Shown here: piece after piece, positions 35,041 to 43,300 of the stretch
Numbering within the stretch: position 1 is the first letter of the stretch
How the letters are laid out: the number at the start of each line of letters is the position of its first letter
Origin: Marine Group II euryarchaeote MED-G33
GTDB lineage: Archaea; Thermoplasmatota; Poseidoniia; Poseidoniales; Thalassarchaeaceae
Length of the DNA: 45,004 nucleotides
NCBI GenBank assembly: GCA_949538655.1
Contig: CATISE010000082.1
Location: 1 to 45,004 of the forward strand
Direction: 5' to 3'
The notes under the pieces: model-generated
Database searches by the model: none
What the model was told of the DNA's origin: nothing
The model's input: the letters and a program-made list of their open reading frames with translations, nothing else
Position numbers and translations under genes: made by a program

Positions 35041-35859
35041 GTGAGTGTAAGCGATAGCAGCACGCCCCCCGTAATTTTCGTAGTTGGAACCGCTGGTGCC
35101 GGTAAGAGCACGCTGGTTACAGCATTCCAGCGTTGGACTCGTTTCCTCGAAGTTGAGTGTCTTACAATTAACCTTGATCCTGGAGCCGAAAGAGTACACT
35201 ATGACCCTGAGTTTGACGTTAGAGATTTGATTTCACTCCACGAAGTCATGGAGGAATACGATTTGGGCCCCAATGGTGCACAAATTCTAGCAGCGGATCT
35301 AGTTGCAGCTCAATCCTATGACATTCAGGACGAATTAGAAGGTCTTTCAGGAGATTTACTCGTCATCGATACGCCCGGGCAAGTCGAATTGTTTGCCTTC
35401 CGTGAAGCCAGTTCTCACATGGTCGAAGTACTTGGCCAAGGTCAGGCGGCTCTTGTTTTCCTGTTTGATCCAATGTTGTCGCAATCTGCTTCAGGCTTCG
35501 TGTCACAAATGCTACTCTCCAACATTGTCCATTTCAGATTGGGACTTCCTACAGCCAATTTCCTGTCAAAGGCAGATTTGTTACCACCTGAAGACCTTGA
35601 ACGAGTTCTCGGGTGGGGTGAAGATTTAGATCAACTCGAAGCGGCATTGTTCGAAGAAGCCGGCGGACAAAGAACAGAATTTGCCATCGGTCAACTGAGA
35701 ATGATGCAAAATGCACAAATTCAACCCGGTCTAATCCCTCTATCAAGTGAGCAAGAAGAGGGACTTGCAGACATCCTATCGTTCGCCCAGAGTATTTTTG
35801 GAGGCATGGCAGATACCCGCGATGGTTTTGCTGGCGATATTGATCATGAGCGAAATTGA
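35041..35859 (+). CDS. GPN-loop GTPase
   Basis: GTG start. P-loop VVGTAGAGKST. GPN motif EYDLGPNGAQI. DTPGQVELF (G3). The family is conserved in archaea and eukaryotes. Confidence 0.85.
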   Translation: MSVSDSSTPPVIFVVGTAGAGKSTLVTAFQRWTRFLEVECLTINLDPGAERVHYDPEFDVRDLISLHEVMEEYDLGPNGAQILAADLVAAQSYDIQDELEGLSGDLLVIDTPGQVELFAFREASSHMVEVLGQGQAALVFLFDPMLSQSASGFVSQMLLSNIVHFRLGLPTANFLSKADLLPPEDLERVLGWGEDLDQLEAALFEEAGGQRTEFAIGQLRMMQNAQIQPGLIPLSSEQEEGLADILSFAQSIFGGMADTRDGFAGDIDHERN

Positions 35860-35867
35860 GGGATACA

Positions 35868-36821
35868 ATGAGTGAGATTCAGCACCTTCTATCAATTGCA
35901 GATTTAGGCGACGATTTCCGAAGCATTCTCGAATGGGCAATTCAATACAAACAAGATCCAGAACCCGATTATGATTTCAAACCCCTCGATGAACTTAGCA
36001 TCGGTTGCATTTACGAAAAACCCAGTACGAGAACCAGAGTCTCATTCGAAGTTGGCATTCACAAATTGGGTGGACAACCCCTCACTCTACTGAAGAATGA
36101 TATTCAGATGGGGAAATCCGAGACAATCGCCGATACCGGGGCGGTTCTTTCTCGATTCCTAGATGGTATCACTTACCGTTGCTTTGGCCACGATATGGTT
36201 TCCACACTTTCTGAGAGTTCAACAGTACCTGTAATCAACGCGCTCTCTGACAAACACCACCCCTGTCAAGCCGCGGCTGATCTGATGACAATCATGGAGC
36301 GAAATCCTACATTAGAAGGGGAAAGAGTTGCTTGGGTTGGTGATGGTAACAATGTATTGCACGATTTGATGCTGGCCTGTGCAATGTTGGGTGTAGACTG
36401 CACATGGGCTGTTCCCAAGGGTTTCGAACCGGATCAAGACGTTGTTGATATGGCGAATGAAATAGCCGAAAAAACAGGTTCGATGCTGATTGAAACGAAC
36501 AACCCGGTGGATGCATGTAAGAATGCCACAATCATTTACACAGATGTTTTCATCAGTATGGGTGAGGAACATCTTACTGACAAAATGAATGCTTTCAAGG
36601 GATTCCAAGTCAACGAAGAATTGGTTGCTCATGCAACGAGTGATTACGGATTCATGCACTGTCTACCAGCCCATAGAGGGGAAGAAGTCACTGATGGTGT
36701 AATCGATAGTGACAATAGTATTGTTTTTGATCAAGCAGAGAATAGAATGTGGGCGCAAATGGCGATTATGACATACCTATGCAACCCTGCTGCATTCCAT
36801 GCCTATAACGAGTTGTATTAG
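35868..36821 (+). CDS. argF: ornithine carbamoyltransferase
   Basis: ATG at 35868 (the track start at 35856 is TTG). Motifs: carbamoyl-phosphate STRTR, HPCQ, DVFISMG (D-x-x-x-SMG) and FMHCLPAHRGEEV. A related carbamoyltransferase specificity cannot be excluded. Confidence 0.8.
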   Translation: MSEIQHLLSIADLGDDFRSILEWAIQYKQDPEPDYDFKPLDELSIGCIYEKPSTRTRVSFEVGIHKLGGQPLTLLKNDIQMGKSETIADTGAVLSRFLDGITYRCFGHDMVSTLSESSTVPVINALSDKHHPCQAAADLMTIMERNPTLEGERVAWVGDGNNVLHDLMLACAMLGVDCTWAVPKGFEPDQDVVDMANEIAEKTGSMLIETNNPVDACKNATIIYTDVFISMGEEHLTDKMNAFKGFQVNEELVAHATSDYGFMHCLPAHRGEEVTDGVIDSDNSIVFDQAENRMWAQMAIMTYLCNPAAFHAYNELY

Positions 36822-37708
36822 GCCGAAATTAGAACGGTTGCCAAGAATCCAGCCAGCCCAAGAAGCATGGCCATACGAAGACTCTTTTGTGCCGCGTGGT
36901 CTTCACCTCTATAGAGGCGTGGTTTGATGGATACCAGTGTGAACATTGCTGGGGCCTGCAACAATAGAAGTTCCATCGGAAGTAACCCCCTCGCATAAGG
37001 TGCAACGAGTGGTATGAGGGCGGCGAGAACCAACAATTGCGCAATCGTTCTCGAACGCTCAGCCCCAATTTGTTTTGGCAAAGTTTCACGATCTTCATCC
37101 CCACTTTGATCCTCAATATCCTTTACAATCTCGCGTGCAGCATTGACCAACATTGCAACCAGAGCAACGATCCATACAAGCGGTGTTGAAATTCCATTTA
37201 CAGCCGCAGCTCCAAATACGATAACGATACCAACGAGTAATGAAACTGCAATGTTGCCTGAGAGACCTTTGTGCTTGAGCATGAATGATGCAGGGACAAC
37301 CATTTCGTAATGGAACATTAATAGAAATGCGACAAACCAAATCCCGATACTTGGTAGCCACGAAACAAGATGTTCAGAATAGAGAGCTGCAACAGTCATG
37401 GCGCCGAGTAGAGCGATGATTGACGATAGGAATGCTGCACGACCAACCGCTTTGGCTTGAATCAGCGTCAATGCACCACTAGGGATTGGCCTTTCTGGAT
37501 GATTGAGTGCATCAGTTTCGTGATCTTGTACATCATTGAATGCATTCCATGCAGCCATGAAAGTCGCTACACATATCGAATGTAGTAATACGAGTAACAA
37601 TTCAACTTGCGTGAATTCCGTAGTCACCATCAATGCGCCAACAGCTACTGTGGAGGCTCCAACAAGGACATTACCTCCGCGCACGAGGTGCCACACAGGG
37701 TGGGTCAT
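36818..37708 (-). CDS. UbiA-family prenyltransferase, likely digeranylgeranylglyceryl phosphate synthase
   Basis: About 8 TM helices. First Asp-rich motif NAFNDVQDHETDALNHPERPIPSG. Second motif region REIVKDIEDQSGD. This pattern is typical of archaeal DGGGPS. Confidence 0.75.
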   Translation of the reverse strand: MTHPVWHLVRGGNVLVGASTVAVGALMVTTEFTQVELLLVLLHSICVATFMAAWNAFNDVQDHETDALNHPERPIPSGALTLIQAKAVGRAAFLSSIIALLGAMTVAALYSEHLVSWLPSIGIWFVAFLLMFHYEMVVPASFMLKHKGLSGNIAVSLLVGIVIVFGAAAVNGISTPLVWIVALVAMLVNAAREIVKDIEDQSGDEDRETLPKQIGAERSRTIAQLLVLAALIPLVAPYARGLLPMELLLLQAPAMFTLVSIKPRLYRGEDHAAQKSLRMAMLLGLAGFLATVLISA

Positions 37709-37740
37709 GATACTCGCGTCATGCAGACATCACTTGATGC

Positions 37741-38079
37741 CTACGCTGTCGCCTTCGTCGGCCCACTACCACCATGATTTCGTCCAGATAGGGCCCACAG
37801 GCAGACACTATATCTTGCCCCTCGGAAGAAATCCCTGACACTTCCGACCTTTTCGAATCGTATATCTTTGGCCAAAATATTGCCGACCTGGTTCATCGTC
37901 GCTCCCCAACTGAAGCGCTCGTTAAGATGATCGAAAACCTCGACCGTATTCGCTCGTCCACGTTCAGCGAGGAAGATGTGCACTTCTTCTCGGAGTCTCT
38001 TTGTTCGACTCAAGCCATCGCCTCCAGACTTCGCTGGTGAAGGTGCTTCCAAGCAGTTGGTTGTGCGAGGGGTCGCCAA
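37741..38079 (-). CDS. hypothetical small protein, possible winged-helix DNA-binding fold
   Basis: It is co-directional with, and 32 bp upstream of, the UbiA gene. A helix-turn-helix-like run LREEVHIFLAERGRANTVEVFDHLNERF…ATMNQVGNILAKD is followed by a wing-like FEKVGSV…YSVCLWAL. The fold call is by eye only. Confidence 0.4.
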   Translation of the reverse strand: MATPRTTNCLEAPSPAKSGGDGLSRTKRLREEVHIFLAERGRANTVEVFDHLNERFSWGATMNQVGNILAKDIRFEKVGSVRDFFRGARYSVCLWALSGRNHGGSGPTKATA

Positions 38080-38136
38080 TTTCCATTCTCTTTGTTACCA
38101 CTCGCGTGCACGAGGGCTCCATCTTTCGTATTCCGT

Positions 38137-38172
38137 GGTCTCCGTGTCGCCACAAGGGTGGCAAACGAGACC
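38137..38172. other. nested GC-rich hairpin in a 300-bp non-coding spacer
   Basis: GGTCTC cgtgtc GCCAC aagg GTGGC aaac GAGACC. The outer 6-bp and inner 5-bp stems were read directly. Confidence 0.3.
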
Positions 38173-38348
38173 GATTCTACTTGCTGCATTTTTTCGGTTT
38201 GCATGAAGGTTGCCAAAGTGGGGGTGCCTATGAAGAAAAGTAGGTGTGTGTAAATGAATATGAAAGTGCTTTAGCGACGCAGCCCCTCGTTTTTCAAATT
38301 CATATTTATCTGAAACTGAAGCATCAGGAGCATATTCACAGCGTTCCG

Positions 38349-38356
38349 TTGATATA
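38349..38356 (+). promoter_or_regulatory. TATA-box-like element for tRNA-Glu
   Basis: ttGATATAc spans -32 to -25 relative to the tRNA 5' end at 38381, which is the usual archaeal TATA spacing. Confidence 0.35.
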
Positions 38357-38380
38357 CGGGCTATCAATCGCCCGTCATAC

Positions 38381-38453
38381 GCTCGTATGGTGTAGCGGCC
38401 CATCATGGTGGACTCTCAATCCATCGACCCGGATTCGAATTCCGGTACGAGCA
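38381..38453 (+). tRNA. tRNA-Glu (CUC)
   Basis: Hand fold: GCTCGTA TG GTGT AGCGGCCCA TCAT G GTGGA CTCTCAA TCCAT CGAC CCGGA TTCGAAT TCCGG TACGAGC A. The D-arm GGUGUAG…AUCAU is typical of archaeal tRNA-Glu. No CCA is encoded. Confidence 0.85.
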
Positions 38454-38505
38454 TCTCTCAGCACATTGTGGCAATTTTCATGAGCATGCCCTGTGTCGAG
38501 GGGGC

Positions 38506-39717
38506 ATGGACGACTGGCGAAACTTCGACATTGCGAATCCAACCGAGGAACATAGGATGATTCGCGAGATGGTTCGTGACTTCGTAAAGGAAGAGGTTGA
38601 ACCGCAGGCATTAGAGTATGACCGTGATGAAAAATTCAACCTTGAATTGTTTCGAAAACTTGGTGATTATGGCTTACTAGGAATCACCGTCAGTGAGGAT
38701 TTTGGAGGGGCCAATATGGATGCTACAGCTGTTGCGATCGTAAATGAAGAACTATCCTATTCCGATCCAGGTTTCTGTCTTGCATATCTCGCACATTCAC
38801 AATTGACTGTCAACAATCTGGCGTATAATGGCTCAGAAGAGCAGAAGTTGAGGTATCTACCTGGGCTTTGCTCTGGTGAGTTGGTTGGGTGTATGGCAAT
38901 GTCTGAACCCGACTATGGAACAGATGTACTGGGTATGGCCACCACTGCCACTCTACAGGAAGATGGGAATTGGTGTATCAATGGCCGAAAGATGTGGATT
39001 ACAAATGGAGTCATCGATGAGGATGGGACTCCTGCAGATATCGTTTGGTTGTACGCACGTACAGGTACAACTGAAAGGGGTCGCCCCGAACTTTCGACAT
39101 TCATTATCGAAAAGGGCATGCCTGGATACAAATCAGGGCAGAAGATCATTGACAAACTGGGGATGAGAGCATCCAATACAGCTGAGCTCGTTTTTGAAGA
39201 TTGTATCGTTCCTGCTGCTAATTTGGTTGGCGAACCAGGCAGTTCAATCCATCACATGATGCGTAATCTTGAGATTGAACGTGTCGCTTTAGCGGCTCAA
39301 GCAATCGGGATATCAAGACGCTGTCTTGCCGACATGTCGAGATATGCGGGTGAACGTGAGGCATTCGGCAAACCAATCCAACAGTTTGGCCAAATGCAGC
39401 GCCATATCGGCGAGTCTTGGGCTGAATATCGTGCAATGCGCGCCTATGTGTATGAAACCTGTCGAGTCATGGATTTGGAAACAGGTGGGCAACGGCTAGA
39501 CTCTGATGGTGTCAAATTGTTTGCCACCACCGCTGCGAAAAACATTGCAGATCGAGCCATACAGGTAATGGGTGGGTATGGGTATGTTGGCGAATATGTC
39601 GTTGAACGACTTTGGAGGGATGCAAAGCTATTGGAAATTGGCGGAGGCACTCTCGAAAGCCATCAGAAAAACATCACCCGTGATTTGGCAAAGAATCCTG
39701 ATCCCATTGAGGATTAA
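38506..39717 (+). CDS. acyl-CoA dehydrogenase (isovaleryl/short-branched-chain-like)
   Basis: GCMAMSEPDYGTDVLGM, WITNG, ERVALAAQAIGISRRCL, and QVMGGYGYVGEYVVERLWRDAKLLEIGGGTLESHQ (the catalytic Glu region). Confidence 0.9.
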   Translation: MDDWRNFDIANPTEEHRMIREMVRDFVKEEVEPQALEYDRDEKFNLELFRKLGDYGLLGITVSEDFGGANMDATAVAIVNEELSYSDPGFCLAYLAHSQLTVNNLAYNGSEEQKLRYLPGLCSGELVGCMAMSEPDYGTDVLGMATTATLQEDGNWCINGRKMWITNGVIDEDGTPADIVWLYARTGTTERGRPELSTFIIEKGMPGYKSGQKIIDKLGMRASNTAELVFEDCIVPAANLVGEPGSSIHHMMRNLEIERVALAAQAIGISRRCLADMSRYAGEREAFGKPIQQFGQMQRHIGESWAEYRAMRAYVYETCRVMDLETGGQRLDSDGVKLFATTAAKNIADRAIQVMGGYGYVGEYVVERLWRDAKLLEIGGGTLESHQKNITRDLAKNPDPIED

Positions 39718-39719
39718 TC

Positions 39720-40169
39720 ATGGAATCCAAGGATGCACTGATTGAGGCGCTTGGCCTCAAGAATGTAGTTCGAGCTGGATGGGTTCGTGCTGGTGTGGTG
39801 CAGCCAGAATCGGTTGCAGCTCATTCATGGGGCATGGCCATGTTGGCCACACAACTGTGTCCTGAGCATCTGAATCTTCAACGTGTACTCGAATTGTGTA
39901 TATTGCACGATGTTGCAGAAGTTATCGTGGGTGACATCACACCACATGATGGTATCACGGCTTCCGAAAAGCACCGTTTGGAAGTAGAAGCAATCCGAAC
40001 AATGGGAATTGATGCTGAAGAAGTCTTTGTAGAATATGAGCAACAATTGACTGAAGAATCACAGTTTGTTCGTTACTTAGACAAGTTGGATATGGCCCTA
40101 CAAGCAGAAATTTATGAAGGGCAAGGATTGGACCTGAACGAGTTCAAGAAGGCTGTTGAAAGGTGGTAG
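39720..40169 (+). CDS. HD-domain phosphohydrolase (YfbR-like 5'-nucleotidase family)
   Basis: ESVAAHSWGMAMLA…LHDVAEVIVGDITPHD (H…HD…D metal ligands). About 150 aa. Confidence 0.8.
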   Translation: MESKDALIEALGLKNVVRAGWVRAGVVQPESVAAHSWGMAMLATQLCPEHLNLQRVLELCILHDVAEVIVGDITPHDGITASEKHRLEVEAIRTMGIDAEEVFVEYEQQLTEESQFVRYLDKLDMALQAEIYEGQGLDLNEFKKAVERW

Positions 40170-40239
40170 TCCCGGGAGGATTCGAACCTCCGTCCCCTGG
40201 ACCAAAACCAGAGATGATGGACCGCTACACAACGGGACT
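40164..40239 (-). tRNA. tRNA-Gln (UUG) with encoded CCA
   Basis: I folded the reverse complement by hand: AGTCCCG TT GTGT AGCGGTCCA TCAT C TCTGG TTTTGGT CCAGG GGAC GGAGG TTCGAAT CCTCC CGGGACT A CCA. The AGUCCCG…CGGGACUA acceptor is characteristic of archaeal tRNA-Gln. Confidence 0.9.
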
Positions 40240-40260
40240 GCAGTCCGCCGGGGGGGCCCA

Positions 40261-40270
40261 TGATTATTGA
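40261..40270 (-). promoter_or_regulatory. TATA-box-like element for tRNA-Gln
   Basis: On the minus strand TCAATAATCA spans -31 to -22 relative to the tRNA 5' end at 40239. Confidence 0.3.
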
Positions 40271-40327
40271 ACGGTGCGACAGAGCCGCGAGCGAAAGGTC
40301 AAGCGGCATGGCCCTCCTCGCGGCGCT

Positions 40328-43300
40328 ATGCGCCGCGGAATTCTATCGATAAGTATGGTGATTCTATTCATTTTGAGCAGTTTTTCACCGCTAATCGATG
40401 TGGTTGAAACAAAGTCTTCCACTTCGGGCCAAAGTCAAGCCGTAGAAACAGAAGTTCAGATCCCAATGGAAACTGCATTTTCACCAAACCTTGCTTTTTG
40501 GATTGGGCAAGAGGTTGCCAAACCAATGGTTCTGACCCGAGATTTACAGGCCCTGCATCTATGGCAAGTCGAACATAAATTATTGCCACACCAAGCACCC
40601 GGTGATTTCCATTCTGTTCAACCATCCAGTGGTATCGTAGAGCATCGACAAATCACAATGCCCGGCAGACTTGTGCCCAAATTGGCTGGAGTTGAGGGTG
40701 TTTTCGCAGTGATTGATGCGAGTGCCGGGCCTGAACCGGCAGGTTCTCTTCCGGGTGAACCAACCTCCGTACGCAGTGGCGAAATTCACGGTGCAACGGA
40801 TGCATGGGCACGGGGTTACAATGGTTCGGGGGTTCGAGTGGCTGTTGCAGATTCGGGAATTGATTTCGCACATCCAGATTTGAATGGCACCCAGGCGATA
40901 CTCGACGAACCTTCGTCCCCATATGATGGGTGGGGGATAATGCACGACCCCGTCTCACTGCTACGCTGGCAGCGAGATGGTTTGGCTTATCCTGCTGCAG
41001 ATAATTCATGGTGGGTTGATACATCGAATTCCGATAGTGATTCAGATAACGATTCCGAATTGGATTCACAGGGCTGGGATATTACAGGAATACAGAACTC
41101 GATTTCGGGGACTTATCATTATGGTGAGCATTCGGATTCTAATTTAATCCAGAAAGCTGGAGGGGATGTCGCAATATTGGTTGTCGACACAACATTTTCC
41201 GGTGTGTATGATGCCATCTATATCGACATTGATCGTGATGGTGAATTTGGAGATGAGACCCCCATCAACAAGTCCAATCCAACATATGGCAGAGATACGG
41301 ATGCAGACGGCCTGTGGGATCAAAGTGCAGGATTGTTGTGGTGGATTTCAGATGGAATTCATGGAGTGCCATATGGGGATGTTTACGCGGCAAGAAGCGG
41401 ATATCAAAATCGAATTGCAGGTGCTGGTGAACTCGTATTGTTGATGCTCAATGATGCATCTGAAGGAGGTGGGAATCACGGAACTCTATGTGCATCGGCA
41501 GTATCTGCACAAGGCGTCATCGACAATGGTGCCGTAATGGGAATGGCTCCAGGTAGTGAATTGATTTCTGTTGCCAATTTCTATGGCGGTGGATCATACC
41601 TTGATTCAATGCGATTCATTTCAGAAGGATATGATGGAAATGGTTCCACTTCACATGATCAGGGACAAATTGGCTCATTCTCATTTGGTTGGTCTAGTGC
41701 ACATGATGATGGCGCAGATTACTGGTCATTGTATGTTGATTGGTTGACACGCGCCCACTCCCCGCAGACGACGTATTTCGTAGCAGTTGGGAATGGTGGA
41801 CATGGGTATGGTACCACTGCTTCGCCAGGCGGTGCCCATGGAGTCATCTCAGTCGGTGCATTTTCTTCAAAGGGAAGTACATGGGGTGAATCCGCCTCTT
41901 GGTCGAACAGGGGACCAAATTCTGTGAGTCGTCTCGACCCTGATATCGTAGCAGTCGGTTGGTCAGCCACCGGCGATCGGACATTGAATGAAGTCAACAA
42001 TGCCAACAATGCCTACACCACATGGGGTGGCACCTCATTGGCAACGCCCATCGCTGCTGGTTTGGCAGCAATTGTCTATCAAGCACTGGAGAATAAAACT
42101 GGAAGTTGGCCAGATTCACAAAGTTTTCGAGATATTGTAATGTCAACAGCAGATGATCGAGGATATGACCCACTGGTCCAGGGTGCTGGTTGGATGAATG
42201 CCAGCCGTGCAATTGCCGCCATTGAAGGCGATACGGGATCGCTCTTGGTAAATCCAGCTTCGTGGATGACGGGTCAAAATGAAGGTGCCCATCGAGATGG
42301 TAATCTAAACTATATTTTGCCAGGCCAAAATCAGACCATGCAACTTTCCCTTCTGAATACCGGGGATTCTCCCTTGGATGTGACCTTGACACCGTCCGAA
42401 CTCGTCCCGCTTGCAGGGCACCACATGATCTGGAATAGCACTGATACTGGTAACAATACAACATGGGATGGGCACCAGAGTCGACCTGATTGGGCATTCC
42501 CAATCCACATTGAAGGAGATGCAAATCTATCACTACCCGCCTCTGCAACACTCGTTCGTGCCCGCGCCGTAATGGAAGGTGAGGGTTTCGATGGAAATCA
42601 AAATCTACAATCTGAAAACCGCTTACATTTACGAATCTATCTTTGGAACGATGATGATGGTGATGGCAATTGGACCACTGATTCCGACAATGACAGTTAT
42701 GTCGATGATGGTGAATGGACAGAGTCGAGTGAATTGGCGATGATTACTGAGCACGTGTATGAATCGGGCCAAGTTGAGGCTCGTGTCGGAAACCCACATG
42801 ATTGGGATGGTGATGGATTGATTGTCGCATTGTGGCGTGAATTTGTAAGAGACCCGAACAAGGATCCACTCCATATTGAATTTGACTGGACCGCATTTGG
42901 ACCAGCCAACGATTCTTGGATTTCCGCACCGAATAATTTGACTATTTCTCCAAACTCAACCACACAAATCAACGTAACCATTGATGTTCCACCCGATGCC
43001 AGGGGAGGTCTCAAACAACATGGTTTGCGAATTCATGCAACCACCAACAATACAACCCGCGATTGGTCTTGGCCCGTCATTACCAATGTTGGTTTCAATG
43101 GACCTTTTACAATTACACCTACTCACATTGATGGAAATGTCAGCAATCAGACCCTGTATGATGAAACTTGGTTGCAAGGTGCACAGAGATGGGGCTGGAG
43201 AGCGGAATCTGGTGATTGGAAATTCTTGACAATGGATTGGCCAGCATCCCTATCGGGGAACGGTTCCATCCTAGTTGACGTCGATTGGCCAGATAATCCG

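Noticed and set aside
38080-38380. SRP RNA or RNase P RNA in the 300-bp gap.
   Set aside because: I looked for the conserved SRP helix-8 core (a GGAA-tetraloop context such as …CCGGAAGG…AGCA) and the RNase P CR-I GAGGAAAGUCC motif on both strands. Neither was found.
38095-38406. 103-aa minus-strand ORF.
   Set aside because: Its 5' end overlaps the well-folded tRNA-Glu gene (38381..38453), and the rest lies in a region that looks non-coding.
38381-40239. Possible tRNA-bracketed genomic islet: acyl-CoA dehydrogenase and HD hydrolase between tRNA-Glu and tRNA-Gln.
   Set aside because: I noticed no integrase, recombinase or duplicated tRNA 3' fragment (att-like direct repeat). The genes are ordinary metabolic genes, so there is no support for a mobile element.
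40368-42551. Several minus-strand ORFs (40368..40625, 40580..40945, 40653..41069, 41719..42009, 41994..42551) and plus-strand frame-0 ORFs further right.
   Set aside because: All lie inside the uninterrupted 1559-codon S8 protease frame, which has a complete Asp/His/Ser triad. They are shadow ORFs.
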